Assembly: GCA_963663225.1 (NCBI GenBank)
Contig: OY760142.1
Span: forward strand, 2,624,001-2,688,000
DNA from: Nitrospirota bacterium
Lineage (GTDB): Bacteria > Nitrospirota > UBA9217
Direction of reading: 5' to 3'
Length of the DNA: 64,000 bases
The first letter of the stretch is position 1. Every line of letters starts with the position of its first letter. Of the stretch, positions 10,193 to 20,696 are shown piece by piece. The position numbers and the translations under genes were made by a program. Below the pieces are notes generated by a model, which worked only from the letters and a program-made list of their open reading frames with translations, had not been told where the DNA came from and searched no databases.

Positions 10193-11782
10193 ATGAAAAC
10201 TACTGTCAAGTTATATGATATTACGCTTCGTGATGGTGCGCAGGCAGAAGATATAAATTTTTCTGCTGAAGACAAGATGCGCGTTGCAATGAAGCTGGAT
10301 CAGTTCGGGGTCCATTACATTGAAGGCGGCTGGCCTGGCTCCAACCCGCGCGACGCTGTCTTCTTTGCGGAAATGCGCCATGCCAAACTCAAACAAGCCA
10401 AGCTTGCCGCATTCGGGTCAACACGCCGGGCAGGAATCAAGGCTTCCAATGATAAAAATATGAAAGCGTTGATTGAGTCCGGGACAACCGTTGCAACTAT
10501 TTTCGGAAAGGCGTGGGATTTACACGTTCTGAAAGCCCTAAAAACAACACTTGGCGAAAATACCGCCATGATCAGAGATTCCATCGCTTTTCTGAAAAGG
10601 CATATGGAAGAAGTTTTTTTTGATGCCGAGCATTTTTTCGACGGCTATAAAGCAAATCCTGCATATGCGTTGGAAACCATCCTGGCCGCAGAAAACGCAG
10701 GTGCAGATTGCCTTGTTTTGTGTGATACAAACGGCGGTACACTGCCCTGTGATATAGAAAAAATCATCAACGAGATAAAAACCAGGATCAACGTACCGTT
10801 TGGCATTCATACGCATAATGATGCTGAACTCGCAGTTGCCAATACCCTTGCGGCGGTTAAAGAAGGAGCCACCCTTGTGCAAGGGACTATTAATGGATAT
10901 GGGGAACGATGCGGTAATGCAAATCTTTGTTCCATAATTCCCAATCTTAAACTGAAGATGGGGATCGCATGTATTTCCGATGCAAATTTGGCGCGGCTTC
11001 GCGACGTTTCGCGATACGTGGATGAGCTTGCCAACATGCAGCATAGAAAATGGCAGCCATATGTTGGAGACAGCGCTTTTGCCCATAAGGGCGGAGTGCA
11101 TGTCGATGCGGTGGCGAAAAGCTCCATAACATATGAACACGTGTCTCCCGTCCAGGTCGGAAACAGAAGGCGTATTCTGGTCTCTGATATGTCGGGACAG
11201 AGCAATATCTTTCAGAAGGCGCAAGAGCTGGGCTTTTCTCTCTCCAAAAAAGGCCCTGAACTCCTGCAGATTTTGCGAAAAGTCAAGGAACTTGAGAATG
11301 AGGGATATGAGTTTGAAGGAGCTGAAGCCTCTCTCGAATTGCTGATGTTGCGTGCCGCCAAAAATTACGAGTCGGTTTTCAATATCTTCGACCGGATTGA
11401 TTATCGAATCCTTACGGAAAAAAGAAAGGTCGATCCGCACTCCGAAAGTGAAGCCACTGTTACGGTTAAAGTCGGCGGAAATGTGGAACATACCGCCGCA
11501 TGGGGAAACGGACCGGTAAATGCTTTAGACAAAGCTATCAGAAAAGTGCTTCCAAAATATTTTCCCGGAAAAGGTCTTGAAACAATCAAACTGCTGGATT
11601 ATAAAGTACGGGTTCTGACCGCGGCTGAAGGTACAGCCGCAAAAGTCAGGGTGTTGATAGAATCCGGCGACGGCAAAAACAAATGGGGGACGGTTGGCGT
11701 TTCCGAGAACGTGATCGAAGCCAGCTGGCAGGCTCTTGTTGATAGCATCGAATATAAACTGCTTCATATAAAAAAGAATTAA
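10193..11782 (+). CDS. cimA: citramalate synthase
   Basis: YDITLRDGAQAE, IEGGWPGSNP, FDAEHFFDG, HTHND, AHKGGVH. Confidence 0.92.
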   Translation: MKTTVKLYDITLRDGAQAEDINFSAEDKMRVAMKLDQFGVHYIEGGWPGSNPRDAVFFAEMRHAKLKQAKLAAFGSTRRAGIKASNDKNMKALIESGTTVATIFGKAWDLHVLKALKTTLGENTAMIRDSIAFLKRHMEEVFFDAEHFFDGYKANPAYALETILAAENAGADCLVLCDTNGGTLPCDIEKIINEIKTRINVPFGIHTHNDAELAVANTLAAVKEGATLVQGTINGYGERCGNANLCSIIPNLKLKMGIACISDANLARLRDVSRYVDELANMQHRKWQPYVGDSAFAHKGGVHVDAVAKSSITYEHVSPVQVGNRRRILVSDMSGQSNIFQKAQELGFSLSKKGPELLQILRKVKELENEGYEFEGAEASLELLMLRAAKNYESVFNIFDRIDYRILTEKRKVDPHSESEATVTVKVGGNVEHTAAWGNGPVNALDKAIRKVLPKYFPGKGLETIKLLDYKVRVLTAAEGTAAKVRVLIESGDGKNKWGTVGVSENVIEASWQALVDSIEYKLLHIKKN

Positions 11783-11857
11783 TAACATGTACCGAAATCT
11801 CAAATTCGGAAAATTTTTTCGTGTTGTAGGTGTGCCTAACCAGGAGATGCTGATATA

Positions 11858-12310
11858 GTGATTGAAGAAGAAGGCGTCGTGGTCGGTATATCAGGCGGGA
11901 ATGCGACAGTTGAAATTCTGAGAAAGAGCGCCTGCGAATCCTGCGCCGCAGCCGGAATATGCCATCCACGGGACGCAAACAAATCTTTTATGGAGGCTGC
12001 AAATCCGCTGAGAGCGGTACCGGGACAGAAAGTGCGGGTTGCGCTCAAACCGCAGTCATATTTGCAGATGGCTATTGTTCTGTATGGTGTTCCCCTGGCA
12101 GCGCTGGTAACCGGTGCAATCGTAGCCAAAAACCTGTCTTTATATACATCCGGCGGAGAGCATTCCGACCGTTGGGCTTTTTACACAGGGATCGTTTGTA
12201 TGATCGTTTCCTTTGTCAGCATTCGATTGTATGCCAAAAAAGTAATGAAGAAGCCTCAATATAAACCGGTCATCCGTGAAATACTTTCTGAACGGGAATT
12301 TCGACCATAG
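11858..12310 (+). CDS. RseC/MucC-family membrane protein
   Basis: MIEEEGVVV...SACESCAAAGIC motif plus two TM helices. Confidence 0.8.
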   Translation: MIEEEGVVVGISGGNATVEILRKSACESCAAAGICHPRDANKSFMEAANPLRAVPGQKVRVALKPQSYLQMAIVLYGVPLAALVTGAIVAKNLSLYTSGGEHSDRWAFYTGIVCMIVSFVSIRLYAKKVMKKPQYKPVIREILSEREFRP

Positions 12311-12324
12311 CTGGAGTTTGTCGT

Positions 12325-12591
12325 ATGCGATTAATTACAAGCCTGGATGAAGCAAAAAGACTCGCGAGGACGATTCTGTCGGATATTGTACTGTATAATC
12401 AGGCAAAAGTGAAGGAGGGTATTGAAAAAGACACTTTATTTGACATCTTGACGGAAGAGTTAAATGAAGGGAAAAAATATTATGAAACCATGGTAGATGA
12501 AGAAATCCGCAATCGTACCAATTTTTTCAGTGAAGCTGTAGTTGACGTGCTGATCAAGCAAGGAGGCAAGATTCGGTCTGAGATCTGGTAG
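12325..12591 (+). CDS. small conserved hypothetical protein
   Basis: 88-aa ORF with a GGAG RBS in the operon. The AKRLARTILSDIVLYN...EEGKKYY pattern looks protein-like. Confidence 0.7.
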   Translation: MRLITSLDEAKRLARTILSDIVLYNQAKVKEGIEKDTLFDILTEELNEGKKYYETMVDEEIRNRTNFFSEAVVDVLIKQGGKIRSEIW

Positions 12592-12633
12592 CTCATAAGA
12601 TATAAAAAATCCCCCACACTAAAGGAGTGTCTT

Positions 12634-14754
12634 ATGAAGAATACTGATGTCAAGGAAGTCCGTAACATTGCAATTCTCTCGCATGGTGCAGCAGGAAAGA
12701 CCTCTCTTTCAGATGCAATGGTGTTTGCCGGAGGTGCCGTAGACACTCAGGGCAGCGTCGACAACGACAATTCAATATTCATGCATGAACCTGAAGAAAT
12801 CGCACGAAAGATTACCATCACCGCAGCAGTCGGTTTTACAGATTGGAAAGGTGTGCGGATTAATATTATTGACACTCCCGGGTACATTAATTTCCTCGAA
12901 GAAACCAAAGGGACTCTTCGTGCCGCTGACGGCGCTGTTCTGATTATATCTGCCATTTCCGGAGTAAAAGCCGAAACTGAAAAAATTTACAAATTCGCCT
13001 GCGATTATGAAATCCCCCGCATCGCTTTTGTAAGCAAGCTGGATAAGGAACGCGCTGATTTTTTTCGTGCAGTAGGGGACATGGAAAAATCTTTCTGCAA
13101 AGGCGCTCTGGTGCTCCAGCTTCCTATTGGCCTGGAGGACAACTTCCGGGGGGTGATCGACCTTATTAAAATGAAAGCGTTTTATTTTGCAAATGACAAC
13201 ACCGGCAAAATGGAAGAAAAAGATATTCCGGAAGATATGCGGCAGGATGCAGAAACGTACCGAAAAAAACTTCTCGAGCAGATAGCGGAAACAGATGACG
13301 TCCTTCTTGAAAAGTATCTGGAAAAAAGCGATCTCTCGCTTGATGATCTTATGGCCGGCATTAAGCACGGCACGCTCGGAGGAGGGCTGTTGCCTATTGT
13401 CTGCGGATCGCCGGTAAAGAATATGGGCATCCAGCAGCTCATGGACATGGTTATCATGTGTATTCCCTCTCCTCAAGAACGCGCTGGAATTGTGGCAATC
13501 AGGGGCATGGATCCAAAAACTAACCAGGAAACGATAAGAAAACCTTCTCCTGAAGAACCGCTTGCCGCTCTGGTGTTCAAAACTGTTATTGATCCTTTTG
13601 CAGGCAAGCTTTCCCTGGTCCGGGTGTTCTCCGGAGTGCTGAAAGCCGACTCAACGGTTCTGAATGCGTCAAAACAGGCGAAAGAAAAAATTGGATCCTT
13701 ATTTCATATTCAGGGCAAGAAGCAGATTTCCGTCCAGACATTGTCGGCCGGTCAGATCGGTGCGGTCGCAAAACTGAAAGAAACGCTTACGGGTGACACG
13801 CTCTGTGCAGAAACTCATCCAATTCTGCTTGATTTTGCAAAATTCATCGACCCGGTCATGTCGTTTGCCATTGAGCCGAAATCACGCGGTGATGAAGACA
13901 AGGTGAGCATCGGTATTCATAAACTGCTGGATGAAGATCCCACGCTTCGCTTCGTCTTTGATGATCAGACCAAAGAAATGATTCTTTCCGGCATGGGCCA
14001 GGTGCACCTTGAAGTGACGCTTGAAAAACTCAAAAGAAAATTCGGCGTAGATGTGAAAATGAAAACTCCGAAGGTTCCTTATAAAGAAACAATCAAATTG
14101 AAGGCAAGCGCACAGGGCAAATACAAGAAACAGACCGGCGGTCACGGGCAGTATGGTGATGCCTGGCTCGAGATCGAACCATTGCCGAGAGGCAGCGGAT
14201 TCGTATTTGAGGACAAGATCGTCGGCGGTGTAATTCCCCGGCAATATATTCCTGCTGTTGAGAAAGGCGTCGTGGAAGCCATGCAGGAAGGTTCTCTCGC
14301 GGGATATCCGATGGTTGATATTAAAGTAAAATTGTTCGATGGCTCATACCATACGGTTGATTCCTCAGAAATGGCGTTTAAAGTTGCAGCATCAATGGGA
14401 TTCAAGAAGGCCGTAGAAGCGGCAAAACCGGTTTTGCTTGAGCCGATCATGAATGTCGAAGTGGTTTCGCCTGATGATACGCTTGGCGCAGTTATCGGCG
14501 ATCTCAATTCACGCCGGGGAAAAGTTCAGGGCGTGGTTCCCCAGGCAAACGGCCAGGTGATCAAAGCCATGGTTCCGATGTCGGAAATGTTGACATATGC
14601 GCCTACACTGAATTCTCTTACGAGCGGTAGGGCCATGTATACGATGGAATTCTCGGGATACGAAGACATTCCAAGCCATTTGTCGCTGAAAATCATCCAG
14701 GAACGGGCGGCGCAGCAGCAAACACACGGTGTTCAAAATCAGAAAGAAAAATAA
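12634..14754 (+). CDS. fusA: elongation factor G paralog (EF-G2 type)
   Basis: VRNIAILSH..GKT, DTPG, GMGQVHL, KKQTGGHGQYG, DGSYHTVDSSEMAFK; not in the str operon. Confidence 0.92.
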   Translation: MKNTDVKEVRNIAILSHGAAGKTSLSDAMVFAGGAVDTQGSVDNDNSIFMHEPEEIARKITITAAVGFTDWKGVRINIIDTPGYINFLEETKGTLRAADGAVLIISAISGVKAETEKIYKFACDYEIPRIAFVSKLDKERADFFRAVGDMEKSFCKGALVLQLPIGLEDNFRGVIDLIKMKAFYFANDNTGKMEEKDIPEDMRQDAETYRKKLLEQIAETDDVLLEKYLEKSDLSLDDLMAGIKHGTLGGGLLPIVCGSPVKNMGIQQLMDMVIMCIPSPQERAGIVAIRGMDPKTNQETIRKPSPEEPLAALVFKTVIDPFAGKLSLVRVFSGVLKADSTVLNASKQAKEKIGSLFHIQGKKQISVQTLSAGQIGAVAKLKETLTGDTLCAETHPILLDFAKFIDPVMSFAIEPKSRGDEDKVSIGIHKLLDEDPTLRFVFDDQTKEMILSGMGQVHLEVTLEKLKRKFGVDVKMKTPKVPYKETIKLKASAQGKYKKQTGGHGQYGDAWLEIEPLPRGSGFVFEDKIVGGVIPRQYIPAVEKGVVEAMQEGSLAGYPMVDIKVKLFDGSYHTVDSSEMAFKVAASMGFKKAVEAAKPVLLEPIMNVEVVSPDDTLGAVIGDLNSRRGKVQGVVPQANGQVIKAMVPMSEMLTYAPTLNSLTSGRAMYTMEFSGYEDIPSHLSLKIIQERAAQQQTHGVQNQKEK

Positions 14755-14852
14755 TTTTATGTGAAGGTACCAGGATACGAAAAACGAGTATGACATTTAT
14801 TTAGTTTTATCGTGTCCTGGCGCCTTTCTTGTCCAGACAGGAATTCAAGATT

Positions 14853-16109
14853 ATGTACAGAAAAGATACCCTTTGCAACGGAATACGGGTGGTGTCAGAG
14901 ACACTACCGAAATCACGCTCGGTGTCCATCGGCGTCTGGGTAAAAGTAGGTTCGCGTCATGAGCCTCAGAATATCGGCGGCATCTCTCATTTTATCGAAC
15001 ATTTATTTTTTAAAGGAACTGAAAAACGCACTGCGAAAGATATAGCAATTGAAATAGACTCTCTTGGCGGCACCTTGAACGCCTTCACCACGCAGGAAAC
15101 CACAACATACTATGCAAAAGTTGTGGATGAACATCTACCGATTGCCATTGATATCCTTTCAGATATTCTGCTCGGCTCCCGGTTCGATCCGAAAGAAATG
15201 GAAAAAGAACGAAAGGTTATCCTTGAAGAGATAAAGAGCGTCGAGGACACTCCGGATGATTTTATTCATGAAATCTTTACTAACGCCGTCTGGCCAAACA
15301 GCGCTTTGGGCCGACCAATTCTCGGAACCAAGGAAACCATCAAGGCTCTTAAACATGAAAACATTATTTCTTATATAACCCAGTACTACAACCCCAGAGA
15401 GATCGTCATTTCAGCGGCTGGAAATTTTGACCACTCGCGGCTTCTGGAACTGCTCAACGGCAGCTTCGGAAAACTTGCTCGCACGGGCATCCCTAAAAAA
15501 GAAGTACCTCCTCTTTTTACCCCGGGCGTGGTGGTAAAGAAAAAACAACTTGAGCAGGTACAGATCTGCGTCGGCTCTAAAGGATTGCATTATACTCACG
15601 AAGACCGTTATGTCTTGTCAGCGCTTAACACCGTCCTCGGGAACAGTATGAGCTCCCGCCTGTTTCAGGAAGTGCGCGAACAGCACGCATTGGCATATTC
15701 CATCTATTCATACCTTACCGCATACCGCGACACAGGTCTCCTGACGGTGTATGCAGCCACTGATCCCGCTAATGCCCTGGAAGCGGTTCGCCTTGTGCTG
15801 AAAGAATTGAGAAAAATCAAGGAAGAGGGAATCACATCTGCAGAAGAAACACGGGTAAAAAACCAGATAAAAGGCAACCTGGTTTTGTCTCTGGAAAGCA
15901 GCAATAGTCATATGACCCGTCTTGCCCGACAGGAAATTTATTATGGTAAATACCTGTCCATGGACGATATCATCGAGGGTGTTGAAAACGTAAAAAAAGA
16001 ACAGATTCAGCGGTTGGCGCAGCAGTTGTTTACACCGGAAAACATAGCGCTTGCCGTGCTCGGTCCTCTATCTAAAGCCGATTTGCCAGGCACATTATTG
16101 GAAATTTAA
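14853..16109 (+). CDS. M16 (pitrilysin) family Zn peptidase, cytoplasmic
   Basis: HFIEHLFFKGT inverted zinc motif, NAFT, SSRLFQEVRE..LAY. Confidence 0.92.
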   Translation: MYRKDTLCNGIRVVSETLPKSRSVSIGVWVKVGSRHEPQNIGGISHFIEHLFFKGTEKRTAKDIAIEIDSLGGTLNAFTTQETTTYYAKVVDEHLPIAIDILSDILLGSRFDPKEMEKERKVILEEIKSVEDTPDDFIHEIFTNAVWPNSALGRPILGTKETIKALKHENIISYITQYYNPREIVISAAGNFDHSRLLELLNGSFGKLARTGIPKKEVPPLFTPGVVVKKKQLEQVQICVGSKGLHYTHEDRYVLSALNTVLGNSMSSRLFQEVREQHALAYSIYSYLTAYRDTGLLTVYAATDPANALEAVRLVLKELRKIKEEGITSAEETRVKNQIKGNLVLSLESSNSHMTRLARQEIYYGKYLSMDDIIEGVENVKKEQIQRLAQQLFTPENIALAVLGPLSKADLPGTLLEI

Positions 16110-16118
16110 TGGAGTCAG

Positions 16119-16592
16119 GTGCATATGATTGATCACAAAACAGAATATCTTACCGTGCAAATTACCACACTCGAAAATTCAAAAGGGCTTCCAGTTCCTC
16201 ACTATCAAACAGATCATTCAGCCGGTGTGGATTTATATGCGGCCGTAAGTCATGACACTGTCATCGAAGCCGGAACGTGGAAACTTATTCCAACCGGCAT
16301 TGCAGTGGCTATTCCTGAAGGATTTGAAGGCCAGGTGAGGCCCCGCAGCGGTTTAGCGCTTAAATATGGTATCGGCATGCTGAATGCTCCCGGTACTATC
16401 GACGCCGACTACCGGGGGGAGATCGGTATTATTCTTTTTAACTTCAGCGATGATGCCTACACGGTAAAAAGGGGCGACCGTGTCGCTCAACTCGTTTTTG
16501 CGAAACTCGTGAGAACAGTATTTGCCTGTGTGGAGAAACTTCCGGAAACAAAACGCGGTGCGGGTGGGTTTGGCCATACCGGAATAAAGTAA
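16119..16592 (+). CDS. dut: dUTP diphosphatase
   Basis: SAGVDL, RPRSGLA, PGTIDADYRGEI, RVAQL, RGAGGFGHTG. Confidence 0.97.
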   Translation: MHMIDHKTEYLTVQITTLENSKGLPVPHYQTDHSAGVDLYAAVSHDTVIEAGTWKLIPTGIAVAIPEGFEGQVRPRSGLALKYGIGMLNAPGTIDADYRGEIGIILFNFSDDAYTVKRGDRVAQLVFAKLVRTVFACVEKLPETKRGAGGFGHTGIK

Positions 16593-16642
16593 AAGTGCGA
16601 CGCTGCACTGCAAGCATAACTGAGAATAGATGGAGCAAGAGC

Positions 16643-17962
16643 ATGACTGTTATCAAAACAATAGCTGTAATTTGCACGTGGATATTGTGTGCAGCAACAG
16701 TGACTTTCGCAAGTGGAGATAACGTTACTGAAAAAATTCTGCCGAACGGACTTAAGGTACTGCTTAAAGAAGAACATAAGGCTCCAGTGGTAACGTTTCA
16801 GATATGGTATAAAGTTGGTTCCCGTAATGAACGTCTCGGGAAAACGGGACTTTCGCATATGCTTGAACATATGATGTTTAAAGGCACGAAAAACCATGGC
16901 TTAAAACAGTTTTCACAGACGATCCAAAGAAACGGTGGAAATGACAACGCTTTTACGTCGCACGATTACACGGCGTATTTTGAAAATTTTTCAGCTGACC
17001 GCATCGGGATAGCATTGGAGCTTGAATCGGACCGAATGCAGAATCTGCTGCTCGACGCAAAAGAATTCCTTTCTGAACGGGCAGTAGTGAAAGAAGAACG
17101 CCGGATGCGTTACGAAAATGATCCCGTCAGAACAATGCAGGAGCAGATGATGGCGGTGGCGTTCAGCGCGCACCCATACCAGTGGCCGGTTATCGGCTGG
17201 ATGGCTGATATTGAGAGCTTTACCCGTGACGATTTGTTTAATTACTACAGCATTTATTATGTGCCGAACAATGCGACGATCGTCGTAGCAGGGGATTTTA
17301 ATACGGCACAAATGCTCCTGCAAATTGAAAAATATTTCGACAATATACCGAAGGGCAAAGATGTGCCTGCCGTGTCTGCGGTTGAACCAAGGCAGATCGG
17401 CGAGCGCAGACTGATCGTAAAAAAGCAGACTGAACTCCCTGCAATATCTATCGGATATAAAGTTCCGACGATCCGGGATCAAGATTCATTTGCGTTAAAT
17501 GTGCTTCAAGGGATTTTGGGGTCTGGAAAAAGTTCGCGTTTATACAAAGCGCTCGTTTATGAAAAACAGATCGCACTATATGTCGGCTGTGATTATGACG
17601 ATGTCTCCGCGGATCCGAACATCTTTACAATCTCTGCCGGTGTTATGCCGGGTAAAACGCCGGAAGAAGTGGAAAAAAGCATTTACACTGAACTTGACAG
17701 ATTTAAAACAGAACTTGTTGCCGATAACGAATTGCAGAAGGCTAAAAATCAAATAACGGCTTCTTTTGTCATGGGCCAGGATTCAATTTTTAATCAAGCC
17801 ATGCTTCTTGGTCAGTTTGAATCCGTATCGAGCTGGAAGCTGCTTGATACATATCTGGATAACATAAATGCAGTAACCAAGGAGGATATCCTCCGTGTGG
17901 CAAAGAAATATTTTTCCGAAGATGACAGAACTGTAGGGATTCTTATTCCGATAAAAAAATAA
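16643..17962 (+). CDS. exported M16B peptidase, catalytic subunit
   Basis: Signal peptide and HMLEHMMFKGT. Start uncertain (16595 GTG or 16643 ATG). Confidence 0.88.
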   Translation: MTVIKTIAVICTWILCAATVTFASGDNVTEKILPNGLKVLLKEEHKAPVVTFQIWYKVGSRNERLGKTGLSHMLEHMMFKGTKNHGLKQFSQTIQRNGGNDNAFTSHDYTAYFENFSADRIGIALELESDRMQNLLLDAKEFLSERAVVKEERRMRYENDPVRTMQEQMMAVAFSAHPYQWPVIGWMADIESFTRDDLFNYYSIYYVPNNATIVVAGDFNTAQMLLQIEKYFDNIPKGKDVPAVSAVEPRQIGERRLIVKKQTELPAISIGYKVPTIRDQDSFALNVLQGILGSGKSSRLYKALVYEKQIALYVGCDYDDVSADPNIFTISAGVMPGKTPEEVEKSIYTELDRFKTELVADNELQKAKNQITASFVMGQDSIFNQAMLLGQFESVSSWKLLDTYLDNINAVTKEDILRVAKKYFSEDDRTVGILIPIKK

Positions 17963-17976
17963 AATTGTAAGCGGAG

Positions 17977-19335
17977 TTGATGATGCGGAGCTGTATTAAA
18001 AAACAAGCGAAAATAGTTTCTTTAGCATTCTTTACGCTGTTGCTGCTGACACCGGTCAGATCATATCCCGCCGAGCCGGTAGGAAAAAGGATAGTACTCA
18101 ACAACGGTATGGTGCTTTTACTGTCCGAAAAACACGATATCCCGATGATAACAATGAACGTCGTGGTCAAAGCGGGGAATACGGCGGCGCCGAATGACAA
18201 ACCTGGGCTTGCCTCTGTCACCGCCTCACTCCTTATGCAAGGGACAAAAAATCGCACTGCAGACCAAATCAGCGAAAAAATTGATTTCATTGGCGCTTCA
18301 CTGACAACTGCTGGTGGTGACGATTTTTCATCGGCAAGCCTGCGAGTCCTAAAAAAAGATCTTCGAACCGGCCTGGAATTACTTTCAGATATCCTTATAA
18401 ATCCGCTTTTTGAGCAAAAAGAAATAGACCGTAAGGTTAGATCCATGCTCGCCGAAATACAACGTCAGAAAGATGAACCCGCCATCCTTACAAGGGAACT
18501 ATTTGAAAAAACAGTTTTCGGCAGACATCCGTATGGGATTATCGGTGATGACATGGCCGCGTACCTGTCAAAACTTACGCGAAATGATCTTTTGTCGTTC
18601 CATGCCTCACAGTACTGCCCAAATAACACAATTGTTGCCGTTGTTGGTGATGTAACTGAACGAGAAATTATAAAACTTCTGAATGATTCTTTTAAACAGT
18701 GGCAGATAAAAAAGCAAACTCCACGCAAAAATCCCCAACCTCCGGTCATAGATGCAGTGGTTGTAAAAAAAATTGATAAAAACATTACCCAAGCAAATAT
18801 TATTCTCGGACATTTGGGAACCACGAGAACCGACCCGGATTACTATGCTCTTCTGGTCATGAATTATATTCTCGGCGGCGGAGGCTTCTCCTCCCGGCTT
18901 ATGGACAACATTCGCGACAATAAAGGACTGGCTTACGATGTGCACAGCGCTCTGTCTGCACAAAAAGAGCCCGGTGATTTCGCCATCACCATTCAAACAA
19001 AGAATGAATCAGCTAATCTTGTAATTGAGGAATCACTCAAGGAAATGTATAGGATGCAGAATTCTCCTGTCTCAGAGAAAGAACTTGCTGATGCAAAAGC
19101 ATACCTCACTGGAAGCTTTCCGTTGAGAATGGATACGTATGCAAAAATCGCCGGTATCCTCGCATCCATTGAAATATACAATCTAGGGCTTGATTATCCA
19201 TCAAAATATCAAACCTTGATCAATTCAATATCGAAAGACGATATTCTCCGTGTTGCAAAAAAATATCTTCACCCGGACAAGATTGTTATCGTTGTTGTCG
19301 CGAAGCAAGATGAAGCAAAACTGCACGCCTTCTAA
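17977..19335 (+). CDS. exported M16B peptidase, non-catalytic partner
   Basis: Signal peptide; HXXEH absent (VTASLL); GGGGFSSRL..IRDNKGLAY present. Confidence 0.85.
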   Translation: MMMRSCIKKQAKIVSLAFFTLLLLTPVRSYPAEPVGKRIVLNNGMVLLLSEKHDIPMITMNVVVKAGNTAAPNDKPGLASVTASLLMQGTKNRTADQISEKIDFIGASLTTAGGDDFSSASLRVLKKDLRTGLELLSDILINPLFEQKEIDRKVRSMLAEIQRQKDEPAILTRELFEKTVFGRHPYGIIGDDMAAYLSKLTRNDLLSFHASQYCPNNTIVAVVGDVTEREIIKLLNDSFKQWQIKKQTPRKNPQPPVIDAVVVKKIDKNITQANIILGHLGTTRTDPDYYALLVMNYILGGGGFSSRLMDNIRDNKGLAYDVHSALSAQKEPGDFAITIQTKNESANLVIEESLKEMYRMQNSPVSEKELADAKAYLTGSFPLRMDTYAKIAGILASIEIYNLGLDYPSKYQTLINSISKDDILRVAKKYLHPDKIVIVVVAKQDEAKLHAF

Positions 19336-19549
19336 CTGGTCATTTTATTCTTGAGTGTAAACCCAATCGTCGATTTAACAGGTTGTTCTCCGCTATATTT
19401 AACGCAAAAATTGTTACGCCAAAACTCTAAGCGACAAAAAGCTTAAAGAAGCCGGTAGTGTGCAATATCTACAATCCTTGTGTGTCAGCTAGGTGAGTAA
19501 TACTGACTTTATAATTTTATGCTATAATTACCACATTTTAGGGGGATTA

Positions 19550-20449
19550 ATGCGTTCATTTAAAGAAATCAAACAAAATTATCGTTTTACTGATGAAGAT
19601 GCGCAACGGCTGGCACGATTGAAGCCGCTCATGGAAGAGCATGTAGACACGGTCATGACAGCACTTGACCATTGGATAGGAGGAACGAAAGGGGCAGCAA
19701 AGTTTTTTGTAGAAGAGACCCGAAAGCAGCATATCAACAAGGCTCTTCGTGAATGGTTCTTGGGCCTTTTTGCAGGCAAATACGACAGCAGATACAATGA
19801 TAAACTTATCCGCATCGGTGCCGTTCATGTAAAATACCGTGTGGATAGCCATTATATGAACAGAGCCTTCAACCTCATCAAAAATTCGTGCATTGGAATC
19901 TTGCAGCAGTCGGATGAAGAAAGAGAAGAGGTGACGAGCAACATTATTTCTCTTGAAAAAATTCTCGATATCAGTCTTGATGTAATTACTGCTTCGTATA
20001 TCGAGGAAGAGCTGAAAGCATACTCGCCGGTGTATAAAGTCAGGAGCCTGCTTATTAACTTTTCAGAACGTTTTTCTCAAGCCACGAATCTTCTACTCGT
20101 GATTGCGCTCATAGGCCTTACCATAGGCGTCGTTTGGCTTTTCATACTGGACGTAAAACAGCTTTTCTCCGGTGACATCGAACGCGGCATTATTTCGGCA
20201 CTGGGTTCTATGCTTCTTCTCTGGCTCATGATTGAACTCATGAATAATGAGATATCTCACCTCAAGGGCGGGAAATTCCATATCAGTATATTTGTCGGGG
20301 TTGCATTGGTTACCATGATTCGGGAAACCATGATTGCCACTCTCAAACATGAACGGCCAGAGTCTATTTATTATCTTATTGCTGCAATTCTGGTTATCGG
20401 TTTTGTCTATTGGATAGTCACCAGAGCGGAAGACAGGACAAAGCTTTAG
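19550..20449 (+). CDS. protoglobin-domain / PsiE-like membrane fusion protein
   Basis: N-terminal globin-sensor pattern (YRFTDEDA...LIRIGAVHVKY) and four C-terminal TM helices with IRE motif. Confidence 0.75.
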   Translation: MRSFKEIKQNYRFTDEDAQRLARLKPLMEEHVDTVMTALDHWIGGTKGAAKFFVEETRKQHINKALREWFLGLFAGKYDSRYNDKLIRIGAVHVKYRVDSHYMNRAFNLIKNSCIGILQQSDEEREEVTSNIISLEKILDISLDVITASYIEEELKAYSPVYKVRSLLINFSERFSQATNLLLVIALIGLTIGVVWLFILDVKQLFSGDIERGIISALGSMLLLWLMIELMNNEISHLKGGKFHISIFVGVALVTMIRETMIATLKHERPESIYYLIAAILVIGFVYWIVTRAEDRTKL

Positions 20450-20649
20450 ATACAAACGTTTAAATATTCAGCACCAGCCCATGATTATTCATAGATAAGT
20501 CTGTTGTTTTATAGTGTAAAATGGGCTTGTTCGCTTTTATTTGAGAATGATGTGGTAGATGAATCGTAAAAGCAGATCGTTTTTAGAAACGCGGGAATAC
20601 TAAGCAGTGAAGGGTTAAAATTGTTGCATTAGTTTTTTTACTGTTTATT

Positions 20650-20689
20650 GAGGAATCCTTTTCCAGCAGAAGCAGGAAAAGGATTCCTC
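20650..20689 (-). terminator. hairpin between convergent acs and protoglobin genes
   Basis: Perfect 15-bp inverted repeat GAGGAATCCTTTTCC/GGAAAAGGATTCCTC, just past the acs stop. Confidence 0.75.
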
Positions 20690-20696
20690 TGATTTG

